Positions 48,917-53,298 of a DNA stretch of 53,298 bases are shown here, piece by piece (positions within the stretch are counted from its first letter, which is position 1; each line of letters begins with the position of its first letter). The translations under genes and the position numbers were made by a program. The DNA comes from Clostridia bacterium (GTDB taxonomy: Bacteria; Bacillota; Clostridia; DUPQ01), in contig JAFGQE010000150.1 of assembly GCA_016935835.1 (NCBI GenBank), positions 1-53,298 of the forward strand, written 5' to 3'. The notes below the pieces were generated by a model that made no database searches, was not told where the DNA came from, and was given only the letters and a program-made list of their open reading frames with translations.

Positions 48917-50488
48917 ATGAAAAAGGCAGGAATTTTCGTCATTGTCATAATACTGGTGCTCGGCGGATGCGGCCGGGGGGAGACGAATACATCGAAAAAT
49001 CCGGGTCCGTCCCTTAGCTTGCCTCCCTCGGCATCGGCGACTGTGGATCCCGAAAAACCAACGGGCCTTCCTTTGCCGGATTATTTCGAGGAAGCGGACG
49101 CACTGAGGATATACCAGCCTGTATACTCCGGCGGCGTCTACTATATGCTGAGCGACTGGCAGGACTATATCCGTGAAAAATTCGGGATTGATGTCTTTGT
49201 ATACCACCAAAGCACTTACCGAAGTGAATCCGGCAGCGACGTAATAAAATATCTTAATAATCCTGACGATATGTTTTTCGGATACAATGCGAATGTGCTC
49301 ATGGACTGCAATGAAGAGTCATCCTACGAACTCTCGCCGTATTATGAAAAATACGGGTGGTACGATTACATCGGTCAGGATTACATAAGCGCCCTGACCG
49401 TGGGCGGCGAAATCTACGCCGTTCCCGCGGAAGGAGGCAGATATATAATGCCCAGGTTTTACAACAGGCAATACCTGGAATCGACGGGCGTCGATGTACC
49501 GGAAACAGTCCTTGATTTTTATGATTTTTTAAAGAAAGCGAAGCTGCAGAAAGCCGGGGATGACTCATTTTTCCCGATGTGCTTTCCATTGCGGTACACC
49601 ACGAAAGCTACATCCGACATATTCAGGGCCTATGGGGTCTTTGTTAACACCGAGTTCAATTCAATGGCTTCATACAATCCGTCCACCGGGTCGTTTGAAG
49701 ACTGCGTTTTCTCTGAAAATATCGTACCTGCCCTGGAAATGATCAGGGCGCTGCAGACGGAAGCCCTCGTTTCTATCATCGGACAAGGTTTTTCAAATTC
49801 GACGGATGTTTTCAGCGAGGATATTTATTCGATTGACAAGAACTTTGCGACGGAATACATGAGTGTATACAGGCCGGAACGCAATAACTTCATTCATGGT
49901 AAATCGCTTGTTCCCGACTATGAATATGAGAAGGGATATTATCTTGCCGGCCCCAATACTGAGAACATCTGCGAGGTCAGGAATGAACTGGGCTTTTATG
50001 TCTTTCCGAAGGATATAAACAACATCAACGGCGTCGTCGACATTTTCAACCGGGTCCTTTCCGACAGATCATTGTATCCCGATTTCCACTATGGAATCAT
50101 GGGCATTGACTACACCATCAAAGACGACCGGATCGTGCTCAATCCGCCCGAAATGGGTACATTTGTGGACCTGAGGCTTATCAAACCCGCGGCGGAGCAG
50201 GATTCTTCAAAAATATCGGATGCGGAAAGATTCATTGGATCCCTGGACGCCGGGCAATGGTTTGAAAAAAATGTCTTGAACGGAATGACTTTCTATTCGC
50301 ACGCGGACCAGTCGATTAAGCCGGATATCAACAATCACTATTTTGAAGTGCTGTTCAATCCGAATATATCCGTCGGGGATGCGATCGATGAATATATCGC
50401 CGAATTCAAAAAAACGGGCAGGCTTGACGCCATCGACAAGCTCAACAAACGGACAGGCGCCGCAACAGCATATGACTATGGGGATTGA
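48917..50488 (+). CDS. Extracellular solute-binding lipoprotein (ABC carbohydrate type)
   Basis: Lipobox LGGC; GEIYAVP, YNRQYLE..GVDVPETVLDFYDFLKK, YGIMGIDY. Confidence 0.72.
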   Translation: MKKAGIFVIVIILVLGGCGRGETNTSKNPGPSLSLPPSASATVDPEKPTGLPLPDYFEEADALRIYQPVYSGGVYYMLSDWQDYIREKFGIDVFVYHQSTYRSESGSDVIKYLNNPDDMFFGYNANVLMDCNEESSYELSPYYEKYGWYDYIGQDYISALTVGGEIYAVPAEGGRYIMPRFYNRQYLESTGVDVPETVLDFYDFLKKAKLQKAGDDSFFPMCFPLRYTTKATSDIFRAYGVFVNTEFNSMASYNPSTGSFEDCVFSENIVPALEMIRALQTEALVSIIGQGFSNSTDVFSEDIYSIDKNFATEYMSVYRPERNNFIHGKSLVPDYEYEKGYYLAGPNTENICEVRNELGFYVFPKDINNINGVVDIFNRVLSDRSLYPDFHYGIMGIDYTIKDDRIVLNPPEMGTFVDLRLIKPAAEQDSSKISDAERFIGSLDAGQWFEKNVLNGMTFYSHADQSIKPDINNHYFEVLFNPNISVGDAIDEYIAEFKKTGRLDAIDKLNKRTGAATAYDYGD

Positions 50489-50584
50489 GCAAAGCCATCA
50501 CCTGATTACGTATGATTCAAAAACTGGTGCCAAGTCCGCCGCGTTGGTATATAATCTATATTAATATCCGGCACGGAGGAACTG

Positions 50585-52117
50585 ATGAAGCACGAACTAG
50601 TTTTGGTCCTTGATTTCGGGGGGCAGTACAACCAGCTCATAGCGCGGCGCGTGAGGGAGGCGGGGGTCTACTGCGAGATGCTCCCGTATTCGGCGCCAAT
50701 CGAAAAGATAAGGGATAAAAAGCCCATCGGCATTATTTTCACGGGAGGCCCCGCATCCGTTACGGACAAGGGGGCTCCTTTCATTGACGAAGAAATATTG
50801 GCCCTTGGCATTCCGATACTTGGCATCTGCTACGGAATGCAGCTTATATCGGCTTTGTGCGGAGGCACCGTCAGAAAAGCCGCCCAGCGCGAATACGGCC
50901 GTGTGGGGATAAGCCTTGGGGACAGCGGTTTGTTCCGGGGATGCGAAAAGGAAACCGTTTGCTGGATGAGCCACACATATCATGTGGACCGGCTTCCCGC
51001 AGGCTTTTTGACAACAGCCTTCAGCGCAAACTGCCCGGCGGGAGCCTTTGAAAACAAAGAGAAACGCCTTTACGGCGTTCAGTTCCATCCCGAGGTCAAC
51101 CATACGCCCGAGGGCAGGAAGATTCTTTGGAACTTCCTTTACGGCATATGCGGCGCGAAGGGCGACTGGAGGATGTCGGCGTATGTCGACGATATGATAA
51201 CAAAGATAAGGGATAAGGTAGGGGACAGGAAGGTTCTCTGCGCTATGTCCGGCGGGGTTGATTCATCCGTCGCCGCGCTGATGGTGCACAAGGCGGTCGG
51301 CAGGCAGCTGACATGCATATTCGTGGACCACGGCCTGCTCCGTAAGAACGAGGGCGACCAGGTTGAGGAAGTTTTCAACCGCCAGTTCGACATGAAGCTG
51401 ATAAGGGTGAACGCCCAGAGGCAGTTCCTCGACAGGCTGGCCGGGGTATCCGATCCCGAAACAAAGAGAAAGATAATCGGCGAGGAATTCATAAGGGTCT
51501 TCGAGGCCGAGGCCAGGAAAATAGGAAAGGTTGATTTTTTGGTACAGGGAACCATATACCCTGATGTGATAGAAAGCGGGCTTGGCGACGCGGCGGTCAT
51601 CAAAAGCCATCACAATGTAGGGGGTCTGCCCGACATAGTGGATTTCGAGGAGATAATAGAGCCTCTGAGGGATCTGTTCAAGGACGAGGTGAGGAAAGCC
51701 GGCCTGGAGCTTGGAATGCCGGAGCACATTGTGTGGAGGCAGCCTTTCCCGGGTCCCGGGCTTGCCATCAGGATCATTGGCGAGATTACAGACGAGAAAC
51801 TTGATATCCTGAAGGACGCCGACTGGATATTCCGCGAGGAAATCAAGGCGGCCGGGCTTGGGAATGAAATAAACCAATACTTCGCGGTGCTGACCGGGAT
51901 GAGGAGCGTCGGCGTCATGGGCGACGAGCGCACTTACGACTACACGCTTGCACTGCGCGGCGTCACGACTACGGATTTCATGACCGCGGACTGGGCGAGG
52001 ATACCTTACGACGTGCTTGAAAAGGTATCGAGCCGCATAGTCAACGAAGTAAAGGGAATAAACAGGATCGTTTACGACATAACCAGCAAGCCTCCCTCGA
52101 CCATAGAGTGGGAGTGA
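50585..52117 (+). CDS. guaA: GMP synthase (glutamine-hydrolysing)
   Basis: [51 protein letters not shown]. Confidence 0.98.
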   Translation: MKHELVLVLDFGGQYNQLIARRVREAGVYCEMLPYSAPIEKIRDKKPIGIIFTGGPASVTDKGAPFIDEEILALGIPILGICYGMQLISALCGGTVRKAAQREYGRVGISLGDSGLFRGCEKETVCWMSHTYHVDRLPAGFLTTAFSANCPAGAFENKEKRLYGVQFHPEVNHTPEGRKILWNFLYGICGAKGDWRMSAYVDDMITKIRDKVGDRKVLCAMSGGVDSSVAALMVHKAVGRQLTCIFVDHGLLRKNEGDQVEEVFNRQFDMKLIRVNAQRQFLDRLAGVSDPETKRKIIGEEFIRVFEAEARKIGKVDFLVQGTIYPDVIESGLGDAAVIKSHHNVGGLPDIVDFEEIIEPLRDLFKDEVRKAGLELGMPEHIVWRQPFPGPGLAIRIIGEITDEKLDILKDADWIFREEIKAAGLGNEINQYFAVLTGMRSVGVMGDERTYDYTLALRGVTTTDFMTADWARIPYDVLEKVSSRIVNEVKGINRIVYDITSKPPSTIEWE

Positions 52118-52119
52118 TC

Positions 52120-52965
52120 ATGACCGGATTCAAGCCTGGAGGAAAAGGAACGGCTAAAATATTGTTGATATTGCTTGCCTTCGTGCTTGCGGCCGCAGGG
52201 TTTTTGGCCTATGTGTTTTTCATCGAACCGGTCTGGCTCAAAACAACGGAATATACGATATATGATGAAAAAATCCCCGCGGAATTCGACGGGTATGAAA
52301 TTGTCTTTGTTTCGGACATACACCACGGGCCATTTGTTTCTTATGAAAGGGTTGAGGAACTAAAGGAACGCATCAACTCCATGGAACCGGACCTTGTGCT
52401 TCTGGGCGGCGACTATGTTCACCGCGGGCCGGCGTATGTGGCCCCCGTATTCCGGGCACTGACCGGTTTGCAGGCCGCGGACGGGGTGATGGGCGTGCTT
52501 GGAAACCACGACCACTGGGACGGCGAGCAGGAAACAAGGGATGGTTTTGCCATTGCGGGGATAACGGACATTGACAACAGGAGCGTCTTTATTGAAAATG
52601 GTCATTCCATGATCAATGTTTCCGGTGTCGGCGACTTCGATGAGGATGTCCAGGTTTTTGTCCGGGATGAAGATGTCTTCACAATCCTTGTATCGCATAA
52701 TCCCGACTATATTTCAAAACTTGATGCAGACAGGCCCGACCTGATGCTGAGCGGGCATACCCATGGCGGGCAGGTCACTTTATTCGGGCTCTGGGCGCCG
52801 TTCATCCCGTCTGAATTCGGCAATCGTTTCAGGTACGGCGAAATCACATATAATGACATTACGCTGATAGTGACAAGCGGCGTGGGTACGATAACCCCAC
52901 CTGCAAGATTTTTCGCAAGGCCCGAGATTGTCAGGATTACGCTCAGAAGCGGGAACGGGGATTGA
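52120..52965 (+). CDS. Membrane-anchored metallophosphoesterase (YkuE-like)
   Basis: SDIH, GGDY, LGNHD, SHNPD, SGHTHGGQ. Confidence 0.9.
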   Translation: MTGFKPGGKGTAKILLILLAFVLAAAGFLAYVFFIEPVWLKTTEYTIYDEKIPAEFDGYEIVFVSDIHHGPFVSYERVEELKERINSMEPDLVLLGGDYVHRGPAYVAPVFRALTGLQAADGVMGVLGNHDHWDGEQETRDGFAIAGITDIDNRSVFIENGHSMINVSGVGDFDEDVQVFVRDEDVFTILVSHNPDYISKLDADRPDLMLSGHTHGGQVTLFGLWAPFIPSEFGNRFRYGEITYNDITLIVTSGVGTITPPARFFARPEIVRITLRSGNGD

Positions 52966-52966
52966 T

Positions 52967-53298
52967 ATGAAGGTGAATTATCATTTCCACAGCGGGGTAT
53001 CGGTCGAGGCGGACGGCAGCCTTTTCATTTTCGATTATTACAAAAAAGGGCCCGACGATTCTATTTTTGGAAATTTTGAATTTGTCTATGTTTTCGCATC
53101 CCACGGCCACAGGGATCATTTCGACAAAAAGATACTCGAATGGGAAGAAATCCATGATAATGTGAGATATGTCTTTTCATACGACATACCGGTTCAGTCC
53201 GGCACGGCGACGGTCGTCAGGCCCGGGGAGTCCATAAGAGTCGGTTCGGTCGGGGTGTCTGCGCTGAAATCCACGGACGAAGGAGTGGCGTTTGTCGT
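52967..53298 (+). CDS. MBL-fold metallo-hydrolase, 3'-truncated by window edge
   Basis: Own translation, absent from the ORF track: MKVNYHFHSGVSVE...IFDYY...FASHGHRDHF...STDEGVAFV, with an HxHxDH motif. Confidence 0.85.
   Translation, partial: MKVNYHFHSGVSVEADGSLFIFDYYKKGPDDSIFGNFEFVYVFASHGHRDHFDKKILEWEEIHDNVRYVFSYDIPVQSGTATVVRPGESIRVGSVGVSALKSTDEGVAFV

Noticed and set aside
50489-50584. Purine riboswitch upstream of guaA
   Set aside because: The leader after the TATAAT is too short and lacks the conserved aptamer core.
52090-52130. Genomic island integrated at the guaA 3' end
   Set aside because: No integrase or att duplication; the next gene starts 2 bp after the stop.

Overview
About 53 kb of ordinary-looking chromosome from an anaerobic Bacillota (Clostridia-like) bacterium, judged from GGAGG RBSs, sigma-A promoters and many lipoproteins. 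I found no rRNA, tRNA, CRISPR array, integrase or transposase. In order: GTP-type PEP carboxykinase (5'-truncated), PrcB-domain lipoprotein, pstSCAB with a four-repeat Pho box, diguanylate cyclase, DMT transporter, cyclophilin, GH36-like hydrolase, a lipoprotein version of trigger factor, ppk2, an FtsX/MacB-like ABC pair, a five-gene redox/sugar catabolic operon, ccdA-CxxC lipoprotein-tlpA-msrAB with a YesN/YesM-type two-component system, GH2, a sulfur-relay cluster, an ArnT/WecE/GT2/ATP-grasp surface-glycosylation cassette flanked on both sides by palindromic repeat arrays, GH31, a heparinase II/III-like lyase, an orphan solute-binding lipoprotein, guaA, a metallophosphoesterase and a 3'-truncated MBL-fold hydrolase. 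The best candidate for an undescribed system is the sulfur cluster at 31.2-39.3 kb: DASS transporter, two TusA carriers, LysR, a split YeeE with TusA between the halves, an atypical thioredoxin reductase with a fused degenerate thioredoxin, and two surface rhodanese lipoproteins, one with four catalytic domains. It looks like a transmembrane sulfane-sulfur/thiosulfate relay. All calls come from motif recognition by eye, without database searches.
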